From: Salinispira sp.
GTDB taxonomy: Bacteria > Spirochaetota > Spirochaetia > DSM-27196 > Salinispiraceae
DNA: 64,000 nt
Direction of reading: 5' to 3'
Assembly: GCA_965226555.1 (NCBI GenBank)
Contig: CBDDDG010000021.1
Coordinates: 32,001 to 96,000 of the forward strand
The position numbers and the translations under genes were made by a program. Position 1 is the first letter of the stretch, and each line of letters opens with the position of its first letter. This document shows, one piece after another, positions 11,587 through 22,426 of this stretch. The notes under the pieces are model-generated. The model was not told the origin of the DNA. It saw nothing but the letters and a program-made list of their open reading frames with translations, and made no database searches.

Positions 11587-13686
11587 CTATGTATGGCGCC
11601 AGCTCAGTAAACGTGTCACATATCTGATCCAGTACCTCGTATTTCCTGCGAGAGCTGTAAGAAAAGAGGGGCTCGGTGATGGCGAGCGCTGACCCGGAAG
11701 AAAGCGCCAGAGGAAATCCCGCTTGTTGAGAAGGGTGTGAATCTCAGACCACTGCCGTTCCAGATCATGCCCCTCGGTCTCATGCCTGCCTGTCTGCAGC
11801 GCAGATTTTCCGGAACTCCCGCCGTTTCCGGCAATATCTTTGGAAGATGATTTTGATACAAGCGGAAACAGGACGGTGATATCATACTGAAGTTTTTGCA
11901 GTTCCTGCAGTAATTCCTGAAGCTCCTGCCGGAAATTCTTTTTTGCCGGTTCATGGGGGAGCTGCTCTTTGTTTTCTGCCATTTCTCCGTTTTCTGCTGC
12001 CGAGTGTTCGGCGGTGCCGGTGAAGCGCTGCTGTCGCTGCTGCATTAGTTGCGTATCTGTTCCTTCCATGGTCATAGCGGCGCCGGTGAAGGGGAAAACA
12101 CGGTTACTGCCGAAACGCTGTGACAGTTCTTTAAAGCGCGCAGCATAACTGCGCATGAGTTCATCGCTGAGGGCCGGCCGACCGGAGAGTTCGGTATGAA
12201 AGTGCCTCGGAACCTCAAGCCCCCACTGCGCTGCGGGAGAAAGGCGGGCAGCAGTCCGCAGTACACGTTGATGCGCCGGCGCAGACCTGCTGTGCGTGCG
12301 TCCGGGAGGAAAGGCGAAGTCAAAACCGCAGTGGTAAATCGGAGCTCTGCTGTAGTGGAGGAGGATGTAGAGCGCAAGGGGGCCGACACTTCCCAGCGGG
12401 GGCAGACGGGGAATGTCTGCGGGCAGCATGTCGAGAAATGAGGTTTCAGCAAAGCGGCTCAGGAAGGCTGCGCGGTTTCTGAAGAGCCGCAGCGATGGCG
12501 GGTGCGCGAGTATATCGTGAACAAGCAGGCTGTTTCCGGTGAAGGAGCAGGCAGATGAGCAGATGAAGTCATCCATATTGGCGAACTGACCCTCTAACAT
12601 AAATATGATTTCAGGAACCACCCCTGCTTCAATGAGAGTCGGCAGGGCAGTATCTACCGCAGCAATCACCCAATTTTTCTCCGCGTGCCGACTTTTCTCC
12701 GCGATCAGCCCTTCGTCTCCGTGTCGGTTTTTCTCCCCATGCAGCCTTTCGTCCGCACATCGGCGCAATTTTTCAAGAACATCTTCAAGACCGACTCCGG
12801 CACCACAAAGAATAACCGATTTGTTGTCTGTGAGCTTGCGAAGAGCATGCCCTAATCTGTCCGAATCCCCCGATTGCCCGTCCCCCGAATCCCCTGCAGA
12901 GATATTTCCTTTTGTTTCCTCATATTCCAGAGAATTGACCAAGACATTTCTGATCCAGAGGTGAGACATGAAGAGGATGGTGGAATGGTTTCGCCAATTC
13001 TGCCGGATGCGGCGGATGGCGCATTCCCTGAGCAGATTATCGTGCTGCCCGCGGCCGCAGAAGCGGAGCCCCTGCACTCTGCGCAGGCGTCTGCGTACAT
13101 TGTCCTCACACAATGAACATGCCCCCCCGGTAAAAAATATCTCTTCCAGCCAGTGAAGTTGCCGGCCGGCAGTAGATTCAGGGCAGAAAATGATCCGTGG
13201 CATATCTTCCAGCTTTGAGCGGAGCCTTTGCCATGCCAGATACTGGGAATTTCGAATGTTCTCATCGGATGAGTTTCCATCCGATTCCTGCGGGTGATCG
13301 GCTGCAAGGGGGCGGTCGGCAAGGGGGTGATCGGCAGCAAGGGGGCGGTCGGCTGCAAGGGGGCGCTCGGCTGTGAAAAACGGAAAAAGAAGTTTTTCAG
13401 TTTCAAAAATAATGAGCAGAGAGTTCTCAGGCAGGGAATTGTTAAGGAGGCAGGAAAGACCGTAGCCCAGCCCGGGAGAAAAAAGGAGGTAGAGGCAGAA
13501 GTCCTTATTGAGCATGCGCGCAAAGCGCCGACTGAACTCCGTTTCCTCTGTCAGACGGCGATAGACTGACTGCCCCCTAATTCGGACATTCAGTTTTCCG
13601 CCATCAACGAAGAACACGATCCCTTCCGAATCGCCCCTGCTCCCGGCATCCGCTCTGCCTGGGGGCAATTCTTGCTGCCGATTCAT
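11587..13686 (-). CDS. Motility-associated factor (Maf)/MptE-like (DUF115) protein
   Basis: ILCGAGVGLE, AAVDTALPTL..G..P, GSVG, CGFDFAF...THSR. Confidence 0.7.
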   Translation of the reverse strand: MNRQQELPPGRADAGSRGDSEGIVFFVDGGKLNVRIRGQSVYRRLTEETEFSRRFARMLNKDFCLYLLFSPGLGYGLSCLLNNSLPENSLLIIFETEKLLFPFFTAERPLAADRPLAADHPLADRPLAADHPQESDGNSSDENIRNSQYLAWQRLRSKLEDMPRIIFCPESTAGRQLHWLEEIFFTGGACSLCEDNVRRRLRRVQGLRFCGRGQHDNLLRECAIRRIRQNWRNHSTILFMSHLWIRNVLVNSLEYEETKGNISAGDSGDGQSGDSDRLGHALRKLTDNKSVILCGAGVGLEDVLEKLRRCADERLHGEKNRHGDEGLIAEKSRHAEKNWVIAAVDTALPTLIEAGVVPEIIFMLEGQFANMDDFICSSACSFTGNSLLVHDILAHPPSLRLFRNRAAFLSRFAETSFLDMLPADIPRLPPLGSVGPLALYILLHYSRAPIYHCGFDFAFPPGRTHSRSAPAHQRVLRTAARLSPAAQWGLEVPRHFHTELSGRPALSDELMRSYAARFKELSQRFGSNRVFPFTGAAMTMEGTDTQLMQQRQQRFTGTAEHSAAENGEMAENKEQLPHEPAKKNFRQELQELLQELQKLQYDITVLFPLVSKSSSKDIAGNGGSSGKSALQTGRHETEGHDLERQWSEIHTLLNKRDFLWRFLPGQRSPSPSPSFLTALAGNTRYWIRYVTRLLSWRHT

Positions 13687-13750
13687 GACCCTTCCCTCAA
13701 GCGGCTACCGCTCCCTCTGCCCGGGAGCCCGTGGGGCAGCTGAAGTCGGC

Positions 13751-15142
13751 TCATGACCTTCGGAATAATTTTACGATGGGATTGTTCAAGAGAGAATCGA
13801 CTTTGACCGTCTTTCCAAGTTTCTGGAACACTTCGGCATAGCAGGGATATGGATGGATAATCCCGCTGAGTTTGCCGTAGCGAATGCCGAGGGCCTTTAT
13901 AACCTGAAGCTCGGAGATCATTTCTCCTGCCCGATCGGCAAGAATGGAAGCCCCGAGTACTTTCGCAGATGAATTGAGTATGAGCTTTACCCGTTCAATG
14001 GAGGGACCCTTAGTCCGTGTACGGTCTAAATTGTTCATATCAAAATTGTACACGCGAATTTTATCGCCATAACGTTCCCGTGCATCCGCTTCGGTAAAAC
14101 CCGCCCGGGCCAGCTCGGGTTCCGTAAAGGTTACCCATGCAACATGGTCATAGTTCACCGACATGTTTATCGGAAGTACCGCATTGAGCGCAGCCGTTAT
14201 CGCCTGATAATTGGCCATGTGGGAGAATTGATAGGGACCGGTAACATCGCCAAGAGCATAGACCCCCGCTGCCGATGTCTGCATTTTACGGTTTACGATA
14301 ATTCCCCGGCGCTCGTAGCGAATCCCTCCGGCTTCTAAGTTCAGGGCTTCAACATTCGGTTTGCGCCCCACCGCGGCGAGAATGGCTTGCGCTTTGATGC
14401 TATCTGTCTTGCCGTCGCGTTCATATGTGAGCTTTATGCCTGCGCTGCTCTGTTCCACCTTTGCTGCCTTTGCTCCAAGGTACAATTCCACTCCTTCAGC
14501 ACGGATTTTCTCCTGAAGCGGATGAACCATGTCCATCTCCTCTCTGAAAAGAATACTGGGCATCATCTCAATAAGTTTGACCCTTACCCCCATACGGTTC
14601 ATGGCCTGCGCAAGTTCAATGCCTATGGCGCCGCCGCCGAGAACAATAATGCTTTCAGGAAAACGCTCAAGCTCAAAAATAGTTTCATTACTGAGATAAT
14701 CTACCTCATTGAGACCGGGAATGGGAGGAATAAATGGGGCTGATCCGGTAGAAATAATAATTTTTCTGGCAGATACTTCCGTATCGCCGATTTTCAGCCT
14801 CCGGCGGTCAATAAATGAGGCTTCTCCCTGCATCCAGACAATGCCCATTTTCTCAAGAGTTTCGGGATCCTCATGCCGGTAAACCTCTTCACGGACCGTT
14901 CTGGCATGTTCAAGAGCAAGACGGGTGTCGTAAACATAATTCGGCACCCGCTGACGAAGGGTATATGCCGCGCGGGCCTCGTTTATGAGCGCCTTACTCG
15001 GCACACAGCCGGACCAGGTACATTCGCCCCCGGCCTTATTGCGTTCGACAAGAAGGACCTTCTTCCCAAGCCCGACCCCGTTTACCGCAGCGGTTATTCC
15101 TCCCGCTCCGGCGCCAATGACGACAATATCATAATGATTCAT
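13751..15142 (-). CDS. Class I pyridine nucleotide-disulfide oxidoreductase (LpdA/MerA-like)
   Basis: IGAGAGG, GGECTWSGCVPSK, GGGAIG, C-terminal IHPYPCYAE. Confidence 0.9.
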   Translation of the reverse strand: MNHYDIVVIGAGAGGITAAVNGVGLGKKVLLVERNKAGGECTWSGCVPSKALINEARAAYTLRQRVPNYVYDTRLALEHARTVREEVYRHEDPETLEKMGIVWMQGEASFIDRRRLKIGDTEVSARKIIISTGSAPFIPPIPGLNEVDYLSNETIFELERFPESIIVLGGGAIGIELAQAMNRMGVRVKLIEMMPSILFREEMDMVHPLQEKIRAEGVELYLGAKAAKVEQSSAGIKLTYERDGKTDSIKAQAILAAVGRKPNVEALNLEAGGIRYERRGIIVNRKMQTSAAGVYALGDVTGPYQFSHMANYQAITAALNAVLPINMSVNYDHVAWVTFTEPELARAGFTEADARERYGDKIRVYNFDMNNLDRTRTKGPSIERVKLILNSSAKVLGASILADRAGEMISELQVIKALGIRYGKLSGIIHPYPCYAEVFQKLGKTVKVDSLLNNPIVKLFRRS

Positions 15143-15255
15143 GTTAACTCCTCCTCAGTGTTTCTGAGAATTTTGATTTTGATGTTGATGAAAACGTTTT
15201 GCATATTCCTTCCAGAAAGCATAGGTGTATTGTTTCGGCGGATCAAGGGACACAG

Positions 15256-15282
15256 GAGGATTGTGAGGATCGGGTTTTACGC
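15256..15282. repeat. 27-bp direct repeat of a segment in the mfd 3' end (16916-16942)
   Basis: GAGGATTGTGAGGATCGGGTTTTACGC identical at both positions. Confidence 0.9.
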
Positions 15283-15292
15283 CGCCGCGGGC

Positions 15293-15889
15293 TTAATGCT
15301 TGGATGATTTGTTGTCCGGTTTCCAAACGATGTGACCGTTGACACCGTGTTTGTCGTAAGTCGCCAAAACATCTTTGGCGAATTTCATTAAACGCTCATC
15401 GTCGAGTGCTTCCGCTTGTTTATGCAGATTAATAAATAACTGCTTTGCGGTTTCGGTTTGGTTGTAATTTTTCTTTTGGTAATTGTGGGCACCGCATAAG
15501 ATTTGCCCGTTGCTGATAGTCGCTTTGCCGCCACTGGATTTGGGACGGATATGGTCGACTTGCAATTCCACACCGTCCTTTTTACTAAGTCCGCAAACCG
15601 CGCATTTGTACTTTCCTATTTTCATAATCACCGCTTTTTGCGCGGGCGTGAAATCTTTTTGATCTTTTTCGGTTGCAAGTTTCGGGTCGTAACGATAAAC
15701 GCCCTTGCTAATTTTCTGCAACAAGCCTTCGGCATGCAGCAACCGAATCGCCCGGTCAGGGTCACGGAACTTTTTGCCCGGTTGCTTTTCATATTCACTG
15801 ACAATGGCAGGCACTGACTCTTCGTGATGAATATTACGGTTTGGATTGGCCAAGAAAAAATCTCGGACAATTTTGGATTGACTTGCCAT
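15293..15889 (-). CDS. HNH endonuclease, probable REase of a type II R-M pair
   Basis: CAVC...QVDHIRP...GG...NGQILC..HN; directly downstream of an MTase. Confidence 0.8.
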   Translation of the reverse strand: MASQSKIVRDFFLANPNRNIHHEESVPAIVSEYEKQPGKKFRDPDRAIRLLHAEGLLQKISKGVYRYDPKLATEKDQKDFTPAQKAVIMKIGKYKCAVCGLSKKDGVELQVDHIRPKSSGGKATISNGQILCGAHNYQKKNYNQTETAKQLFINLHKQAEALDDERLMKFAKDVLATYDKHGVNGHIVWKPDNKSSKH

Positions 15890-15894
15890 TTTTG

Positions 15895-16680
15895 TTACGC
15901 CGTCGACGCTTGTTGGTCACTGAACAAATTAAATGTTTCGTTGCTGATTCTGGTTTTTGTCAATTTGCAAAACGTGTATTCCAATTCAATGCCGATTGCA
16001 TTGCGCTGATGCGCACGTGCTTCCAAGATGGTTGTGCCACTACCGCAGAACGGGTCAAGCACAGTGTCGCCCACAAACGAAAATAATTTGATACATCGTT
16101 TCGGCAACTCACGCGGGAAAGGCGCGGGGTGCCCGATGCGCTTTGCGCTCTCGCCGGGAAAACTCCACATACCTTTTACCCAATCTTTAAATTCATCCGT
16201 GCTAATGTCGTTTGCGCCTTGGCGTTTGCGTTTCCACTCGTCTTTATACAAAACAATAATGACTTCCACCGGTGCGATAATATGCGGAGCGCTTGCCGAG
16301 CACCAACTTCCCCATGCGGTGTTGCGCGAAATGTTGCCTTCATTCCAAATAATTGTGGCATGATATTTCCAACCGAGTTTTAACGCAATTTGGGTTAAAT
16401 CGGCACATACCGGCCGTTTCCCGCCTTTGTTTTTGTCTAGCCCAACATTCAAACAAAATCGTCCGGTGGTGCGAGTCCACAGCAATACATTCGCCATCCA
16501 TTGCCGCGAAAATTCCAAATAATCGGAATAGTCCAACAAATCGCCTTTTCCGTTTCCGCTGTATTTCATTCCCAAATTATACGGCGGCGAGGTGACGGTC
16601 AAATCTACCGAGTCGGCAGGCAGAGTATGTGCACGCGTACAATTCGCGTTGATGATTTGCGTTTTGGGTGCGTTAAGCAT
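15895..16680 (-). CDS. Beta-class N4-C/N6-A DNA methyltransferase
   Basis: TSPPYN before HPAPFP and VLDPFCGSGTT. Confidence 0.92.
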   Translation of the reverse strand: MLNAPKTQIINANCTRAHTLPADSVDLTVTSPPYNLGMKYSGNGKGDLLDYSDYLEFSRQWMANVLLWTRTTGRFCLNVGLDKNKGGKRPVCADLTQIALKLGWKYHATIIWNEGNISRNTAWGSWCSASAPHIIAPVEVIIVLYKDEWKRKRQGANDISTDEFKDWVKGMWSFPGESAKRIGHPAPFPRELPKRCIKLFSFVGDTVLDPFCGSGTTILEARAHQRNAIGIELEYTFCKLTKTRISNETFNLFSDQQASTA

Positions 16681-16829
16681 TGGTATTCCCCTTGATTCAT
16701 GAAAAATACGGGCTTCACATGAAAAATGGTATAATTTTGATGAGATTGGTGCGTTGCAACAATCTCATCTGTAGAACAAAGTATCATTCATTCCGACAGA
16801 ATGTCAAACCCACATGTGAAGTTCCTCTT

Positions 16830-19800
16830 TCATCCCCTAATGGAAGAGAGCCTGTCGCGCAGATATTCACTTTTTTCATGGAGCTTGATCATATGGGTGT
16901 CGACTAGGAGCACCTGAGGATTGTGAGGATCGGGTTTTACGCTGCCGCCGCTCGTGCGTATCAGTTCCATTACCCTGTCGAAATTCAAGTCGGCAATGCG
17001 GGAAAAATAGATTTCTGCCTGTCCGCGCCGTTCGCGTATTTTTACTATTCCCAGCTGATGGCAGAGTATTCGTGTTTCGGCAAGCGAGATAAGGCTGGCA
17101 ACTTCATCGGGGATGGTTCCAAAGCGATCGGTTATGTCGGCATAAAGTCCGTTGAGTTCTTCCTGTGTGTTTACTGCCGCTATATGCTTATAGAGTTCCA
17201 TTTTTTCCATTGTGTCGGTAATATAGGCATCTGGAATGTAGCCGGTGTATTCCATCTCCAGATAAATTTCTTCAGGAAGTTCATCGGTATTCTCGCTCAA
17301 ACGCCGTATTGCCTGATCAAGAAGTTTGAGGTAAAGATCAAAGCCGATGCTGTAAATATCGCCGCTCTGCTGGCGGCCGAGGAGGTTGCCGGCGCCGCGG
17401 ATTTCCAGATCCTTCATGGCAATCTTGAAGCCGGAGCCGAGCTCTGTATTGTCGCTTATAATTTGAAGCCGTTTCATAGCTATCTCGCTGAGCGATTGCT
17501 TCTCAGGGTAAAAAAGATAGGCGTAGGCAAGCCGCGCTGAGCGTCCCACCCGCCCCCTGAGCTGATAGAGCTGGCTTATGCCGTACATATCGGCGCGGCC
17601 AATGATGATGGTATTGACATTGGGAATGTCAATGCCGTTTTCAATAATTGTTGTGGTCACAAGTACTTCGAAGGCTCCGTGGATGAAACGGTGCATAATG
17701 TCCTCAAGATCATGAGGCTTCATCTGACCATGGGCCTGTTCAACAGAAATTTCGGGCAGCAGATTCTGAAGAAATGTCTGAATGTTATCGAGAGTTTCTA
17801 TGCGGTTGTGCAGATAAAATACCTGACCGCCCCGTTCAATTTCACGGCGGATGGCCGATGCGGCCCGTTCGCCGCTGAAGGGTTCAACATGGGTTTCAAT
17901 GGGGCGCCGATTATGAGGCGGTGTTTTTAGGAGGCTCATATCCCGAATTTTGAGAAGGCTCATGTGGAGGGTACGGGGGATGGGGGTGGCTGAAAGGGTG
18001 AGGCAGTCAACTGAGGTCTTAAGCGCTTTTAAATGTTCTTTGTCCTTCACCCCGAAGCGTTGTTCTTCATCAATGATGATCAGACCGAGGTTTTTGAATA
18101 CAACATCCTTTTGGATGAGTCGGTGGGTTCCGATGGCAAGATCAAGTGTTCCGTCTGCGAGCCCTGCGATAATTTTTTTCTGTTCTGCGGGAGCAACGAG
18201 GCGGCTCATCATACCGATGTTGAGCGGAAATGCCTTTGTCCGTTCTTCTATGGTCTCATAGTGCTGTTCAACGAGGATTGTTGTGGGCGCCAGAAAGGCC
18301 ACCTGCTTGCCCGCGCTGAGCGCCTTAAACGCAGCGCGCATGGCAATTTCTGTTTTCCCGTAGCCTACATCGCCGCAGACAAGGCGGTCCATGGGAAGCG
18401 GGCGCTCCATGTCCTGTTTAACTTCCTCAATACACCGTATCTGATCCTCGGTTTCTTCAAAGGGAAAGGCTGCCTCAAACTCAATTTGCCATTCACTGTC
18501 TGGAGGAAAGGCATATCCTGTGATCTTTTGCCGTTTACTGTAGATATCGAGTAAGTGCTCGGCAAGGTCTTCTACATGCCGGGAAACCCGCGATTTACGC
18601 TTTTCCCAGCTCTTTCCCCCTATCCTATCGAGACGGGGGGCATTTCCGCTGCTTCCAATGTAGCGCTGTACCAGGTTTACCTGCTCTATTGGAACGAAAA
18701 CAAATTCCTCATCGGCAAATTCAAGTTTTATGTAATCGCGCTCATTTCCGCCTGCCTGTATGCGCTGAATGGCAATAAAGCGGCCGATGCCATGGTGCAC
18801 ATGAACAACATAGTCCTTTTCATCGAGCTCCACAAAACTGTCAATTGCCTCGCTCTGTACCTTCTTCATTGATTGGGGAGTTCTCCGTTTACGTCCGAAT
18901 AGTTCATTTTCATGAATGATCATAAAAGACGATTCAGGGATACTGAAGCCGGCAGAGATACTTCCGGTAACAATGCGTAGCGGAAGATCCGCGAACAGGC
19001 GCTCAAGCCGGTTTTTCTGAGCCTCGGAGTCGGTGAGAAGAAAGACCGTGTACCCCGCCGCCTCAAGGTTTTTTATTTCATCGCGAAAGAACTGTATGTT
19101 ACCGAAAAAACTCCGCGGCTCATCGGAATGGAAATGTATTTCCTTCCGGGGGGCGGGGGCATCTGCCGGTAACCCCTTGTTCAGCAGGGGAAGGCGCAGC
19201 AGAGCGGGGCAGGCCTTCTCATGTTCGTGCAGAGGAAAAAGCAGAGGCTGGGGCATGGCAGGCGCTTCGCTGCGGCGCATCCTTCGGTATAGTGCATCAT
19301 ATTCATGGCGGAGCCCATCTGCGGCAGACAAACAGCGCTCGTACTCACCAATAACAGTAATATCACCCTCGCTGAGATAGGCGAACAGTGAACCTTCTTC
19401 ATTCCATACCATTTCCTCCGCAGGCCGGAGCATAAACGCTTTGAGATTTTCTATTGAACTCTGCGATAGATGATCGAAGCGGCGAATTTCGCCAATACTA
19501 TTCCAGTTCAGAATCATACGCAGCGGATACTCATCGCCGGGCATGAATAGATCGCAGACCTCGCCTCTGAGCGCGAATTCGCCCGGCGCGGAAACTCGCT
19601 TTACCCGCGTGTAGCCTCGGGAATCAAGCTGCTGAATGAGCATATCTGTTTCAATGTCCTGTTTCTGTGTAATGCGGAGGTACTGTGAACGGATATGCTC
19701 TGGCGGGGGAACGGGGGTCAGAAATGAGCGCAGGCTGGCGCAGAGAATGTCGGTGGAACGGTTCAGAAGGTCTTCCATGCCCCTCAGGCGCGTGCCGAAA

Positions 19801-20105
19801 ATGGCGGAATGAGCGGGGATATCCCGATAGGGAACTGTTCCCCAGCCCGGCAGCGTTGTTACCCTGCGCTTAAGCTGCCGAAGATCATGCGCGAGTAATT
19901 CCACTTCCTGTTCACCGGGCATAACCACAAGCATCATTCTGCCCCGCCGCTCCGATATTTTTGCGAGCAGAAAGGGAAGGAGACCGCCCCGTACACCCAG
20001 CAGATGAAGAGGATGGTCATTCTGCTGAAGGGAATCAAACAATTCCCTGTATGCCGGAAGTGTTTTTAATGTTTCCGAAGTACTGGAATAGAATAAGGAA
20101 TTCAC
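16830..20105 (-). CDS. mfd: Transcription-repair coupling factor
   Basis: VVHVHHGIGRF, DRLVCGDVGYGKTE, DEEQRFG, QLYQLRGRVGRS. Confidence 0.97.
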   Translation of the reverse strand: MNSLFYSSTSETLKTLPAYRELFDSLQQNDHPLHLLGVRGGLLPFLLAKISERRGRMMLVVMPGEQEVELLAHDLRQLKRRVTTLPGWGTVPYRDIPAHSAIFGTRLRGMEDLLNRSTDILCASLRSFLTPVPPPEHIRSQYLRITQKQDIETDMLIQQLDSRGYTRVKRVSAPGEFALRGEVCDLFMPGDEYPLRMILNWNSIGEIRRFDHLSQSSIENLKAFMLRPAEEMVWNEEGSLFAYLSEGDITVIGEYERCLSAADGLRHEYDALYRRMRRSEAPAMPQPLLFPLHEHEKACPALLRLPLLNKGLPADAPAPRKEIHFHSDEPRSFFGNIQFFRDEIKNLEAAGYTVFLLTDSEAQKNRLERLFADLPLRIVTGSISAGFSIPESSFMIIHENELFGRKRRTPQSMKKVQSEAIDSFVELDEKDYVVHVHHGIGRFIAIQRIQAGGNERDYIKLEFADEEFVFVPIEQVNLVQRYIGSSGNAPRLDRIGGKSWEKRKSRVSRHVEDLAEHLLDIYSKRQKITGYAFPPDSEWQIEFEAAFPFEETEDQIRCIEEVKQDMERPLPMDRLVCGDVGYGKTEIAMRAAFKALSAGKQVAFLAPTTILVEQHYETIEERTKAFPLNIGMMSRLVAPAEQKKIIAGLADGTLDLAIGTHRLIQKDVVFKNLGLIIIDEEQRFGVKDKEHLKALKTSVDCLTLSATPIPRTLHMSLLKIRDMSLLKTPPHNRRPIETHVEPFSGERAASAIRREIERGGQVFYLHNRIETLDNIQTFLQNLLPEISVEQAHGQMKPHDLEDIMHRFIHGAFEVLVTTTIIENGIDIPNVNTIIIGRADMYGISQLYQLRGRVGRSARLAYAYLFYPEKQSLSEIAMKRLQIISDNTELGSGFKIAMKDLEIRGAGNLLGRQQSGDIYSIGFDLYLKLLDQAIRRLSENTDELPEEIYLEMEYTGYIPDAYITDTMEKMELYKHIAAVNTQEELNGLYADITDRFGTIPDEVASLISLAETRILCHQLGIVKIRERRGQAEIYFSRIADLNFDRVMELIRTSGGSVKPDPHNPQVLLVDTHMIKLHEKSEYLRDRLSSIRG

Positions 20106-20125
20106 TGGAATATCCGATAATATAA

Positions 20126-20237
20126 TAAAGTTTTGCTACTGAAAATTTTGCTCTGCAAAATTTTCCAATGAGGATTCTCTCATCTATATGTTTGATTCTC
20201 TCACGGTATAGAAAGTTTTGCCATAGGCAAAACTTTA
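20126..20237. mobile_element. Composite MITE-family element between mfd and the divergent gene
   Basis: TAAAGTTTTGCTACTGAAAATTTTGC-TCT-GCAAAATTTTCCAAT + AGGATTCTCTCA linker + GAAAGTTTTGCC-ATA-GGCAAAACTTT; same linker at 63251-63328. Confidence 0.65.
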
Positions 20238-20328
20238 TCAATGCAAAACCATATTATTATTTTTGTATAACGCACCCGCGCATACTGTCATGCAGGATTG
20301 CGGGTAATACAATTGGAGCTACACTTTT

Positions 20329-21273
20329 ATGCAGAAGGCTGTATATGGTTCTTTTCTTATATTGTTTGCCTTCCTATTCCCCATTCAGGCTGCAGGGAAT
20401 GAAGTTGAACTCTTTATTCATGTACATAATCAGCACATTTACTTCCCGGGCGATTCTGTTTTTATCCGTATAACAATACAGAATAACAGCCCCGATGTAT
20501 ATCGCTTCAATTTATCGGATGAGCGTCTGTTTAATATCGATTTCGATGCGCGGAATGTGGATAATCTGGAAGCTGATCCTGCCGCGGAACTCATCATGGC
20601 TGAATCGAATGCCCGCCGGATATTTTACCGTGGACTTGAAATTCTGCCCGGAGAAGAATTTTCGTTTATTGAGGATATCGCTGCCTACCGCGTGCTCAAA
20701 GAGGGACTGTATATCATTCATGCCCGTTTTTATCCCGAATTTCGGGGAATAGAGGGGCAGAATGTTCTTGTGTCGAATAATCTGACTGTGTCGATCAGGG
20801 AAGGTTTCCGCCGCGCTGAAGCCTCCCTTATCAAGGCAGATGAACTCGTCAGCGATGAAATGAGACGAGCGGCTCTCCCCCCGGATGAAGTCGTATCCTA
20901 TACTCTCGAGGCCCGCATGCATTCACGAGCCGAACAATTTCTTCAGTATCTTGATACTGCGCGCTTATATGCGGCCAGACAACAGCGCAGAGAACAGTTT
21001 CTCCGCCTTTCCGCATTCAGGCAGCAGGAAGTGCTCCGAGATTATGAGCAGGAACTTCTCAATAATGAGACAGATGAAGGTATCAGCCTTATTCCGAACG
21101 AGTACCGCATCCTCCAGACAACATATAGGCAGAGTATGGGAACTGTCATCGTTGAGCAGCGTTATGATGAAGGCAGCTATGTGGAAGTGAAGCGTTTTAC
21201 CTATGATCTGGAAAGACGCGACGGTATCTGGTATATTGTCCGTTATCAAGTTGTTAACCTAGGAACAGAATAA
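20329..21273 (+). CDS. Exported hypothetical protein (Ig-like N-terminal region)
   Basis: Signal peptide, 314-aa ORF, RBS GGAG. Confidence 0.75.
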   Translation: MQKAVYGSFLILFAFLFPIQAAGNEVELFIHVHNQHIYFPGDSVFIRITIQNNSPDVYRFNLSDERLFNIDFDARNVDNLEADPAAELIMAESNARRIFYRGLEILPGEEFSFIEDIAAYRVLKEGLYIIHARFYPEFRGIEGQNVLVSNNLTVSIREGFRRAEASLIKADELVSDEMRRAALPPDEVVSYTLEARMHSRAEQFLQYLDTARLYAARQQRREQFLRLSAFRQQEVLRDYEQELLNNETDEGISLIPNEYRILQTTYRQSMGTVIVEQRYDEGSYVEVKRFTYDLERRDGIWYIVRYQVVNLGTE

Positions 21274-21938
21274 TGAGAATTATGCTGATAAGCCCGGAAC
21301 CTTCCGATTATACAAAACTAATCACTGCCAGTGAGGATAGTGAGTGGAATGTTTTTCGCTATGCTCAACCCCTCAAGGCTCTTGATAATCTTGATGAGAT
21401 TTCTCCCGACCTGTTCATTTGGAATGTTACGAGTTTTCCCCGGCACTGGAAAATACTTGCCTCTTTTTATGCAATATCATTTTCTACGGAACTGCGGCTC
21501 ATACTTTTCTCGGAAGATGGAGAGATTGCTCAGGAGGAAGGAGAAAAAGCGGATGCCTTAGGAATTATCGGGATTATCCGGGATGGTCTGACGAGGAGGA
21601 AGGTTGAGGATATTATTGGAACAGCAGACCCTTCAGAGTCGCAGGAACATGATAATTCCCTTTTGACAATGACGCATCCCGGGAATTTCAGCATCATCCA
21701 TGGAAAAATTCGTGAATTCAGAGCAGATAGTATTGTATTCGGCGCGCAGAAAAAAATATCAGAATTTCCTATCGGGACAGTTTTTGCCGGAAGCCATATC
21801 CGGGTTCATGATACACGGATTAATCTTGACCTGATCCTCCAACAACACTCAGATGATACCTGCATACTGGCTATTCAGAGCGGTCAGGAAGAATACCGCG
21901 CTCTTTTTGAAACACTCCGCAGCACGGTGTTGCTGTAA
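21273..21938 (+). CDS. Hypothetical protein, receiver-like N-terminus
   Basis: YAQPLKALDNLDEISPDLFIW...FPRHWK; translationally coupled to the upstream gene. Confidence 0.65.
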   Translation: MRIMLISPEPSDYTKLITASEDSEWNVFRYAQPLKALDNLDEISPDLFIWNVTSFPRHWKILASFYAISFSTELRLILFSEDGEIAQEEGEKADALGIIGIIRDGLTRRKVEDIIGTADPSESQEHDNSLLTMTHPGNFSIIHGKIREFRADSIVFGAQKKISEFPIGTVFAGSHIRVHDTRINLDLILQQHSDDTCILAIQSGQEEYRALFETLRSTVLL

Positions 21939-22152
21939 AACGGTGAATTCAACCATAAGTGCAACACCTTCCTGCCCACTCATCCCGACTCCCCAAAAAA
22001 ATCACAACATTCTTTCAAATCCTTTCCAAAAAACACAATTAAAAATGACAGTTCTTCCGTTACAGATATAGCAGAAGGTATGTATGAGTAATTCCGGATA
22101 CAATATACATGATATTGCTTTTAAGACAAAGTTTTGCATTGAGCACAAAAGC

Positions 22153-22356
22153 ATGTCCCAAGATATACATACACACATACCGGAAAAATTGTACACAATG
22201 ATGGAAAAATACCTTGCGATGCCAAAGGTTCTCAATAGGCCTGTGATGGTCGATTTGAATAGGATGAGCGAGGAGGAGTTTACCCGGGGGTCAGACGGAG
22301 TTGCACGCCTGCTCGCCATGCGGCGGGGTCGGCTCAAACCTTTAGGTGATGTATAA
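22153..22356 (+). CDS. Small hypothetical protein (possible RHH-like N-terminus)
   Basis: 67-aa ORF filling an intergenic gap, HTHIPEKLYTMM. Confidence 0.3.
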   Translation: MSQDIHTHIPEKLYTMMEKYLAMPKVLNRPVMVDLNRMSEEEFTRGSDGVARLLAMRRGRLKPLGDV

Positions 22357-22426
22357 TGTACTGAGATAAGGGTACTATAGTACATCAAAAAAATATTATA
22401 GAGTATGCTTATATGAGGATGGACAG

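Noticed and set aside
13751..15142. Mercuric reductase MerA
   Set aside because: No N-terminal metal-binding domain, no C-terminal Cys-Cys pair, no mer genes nearby
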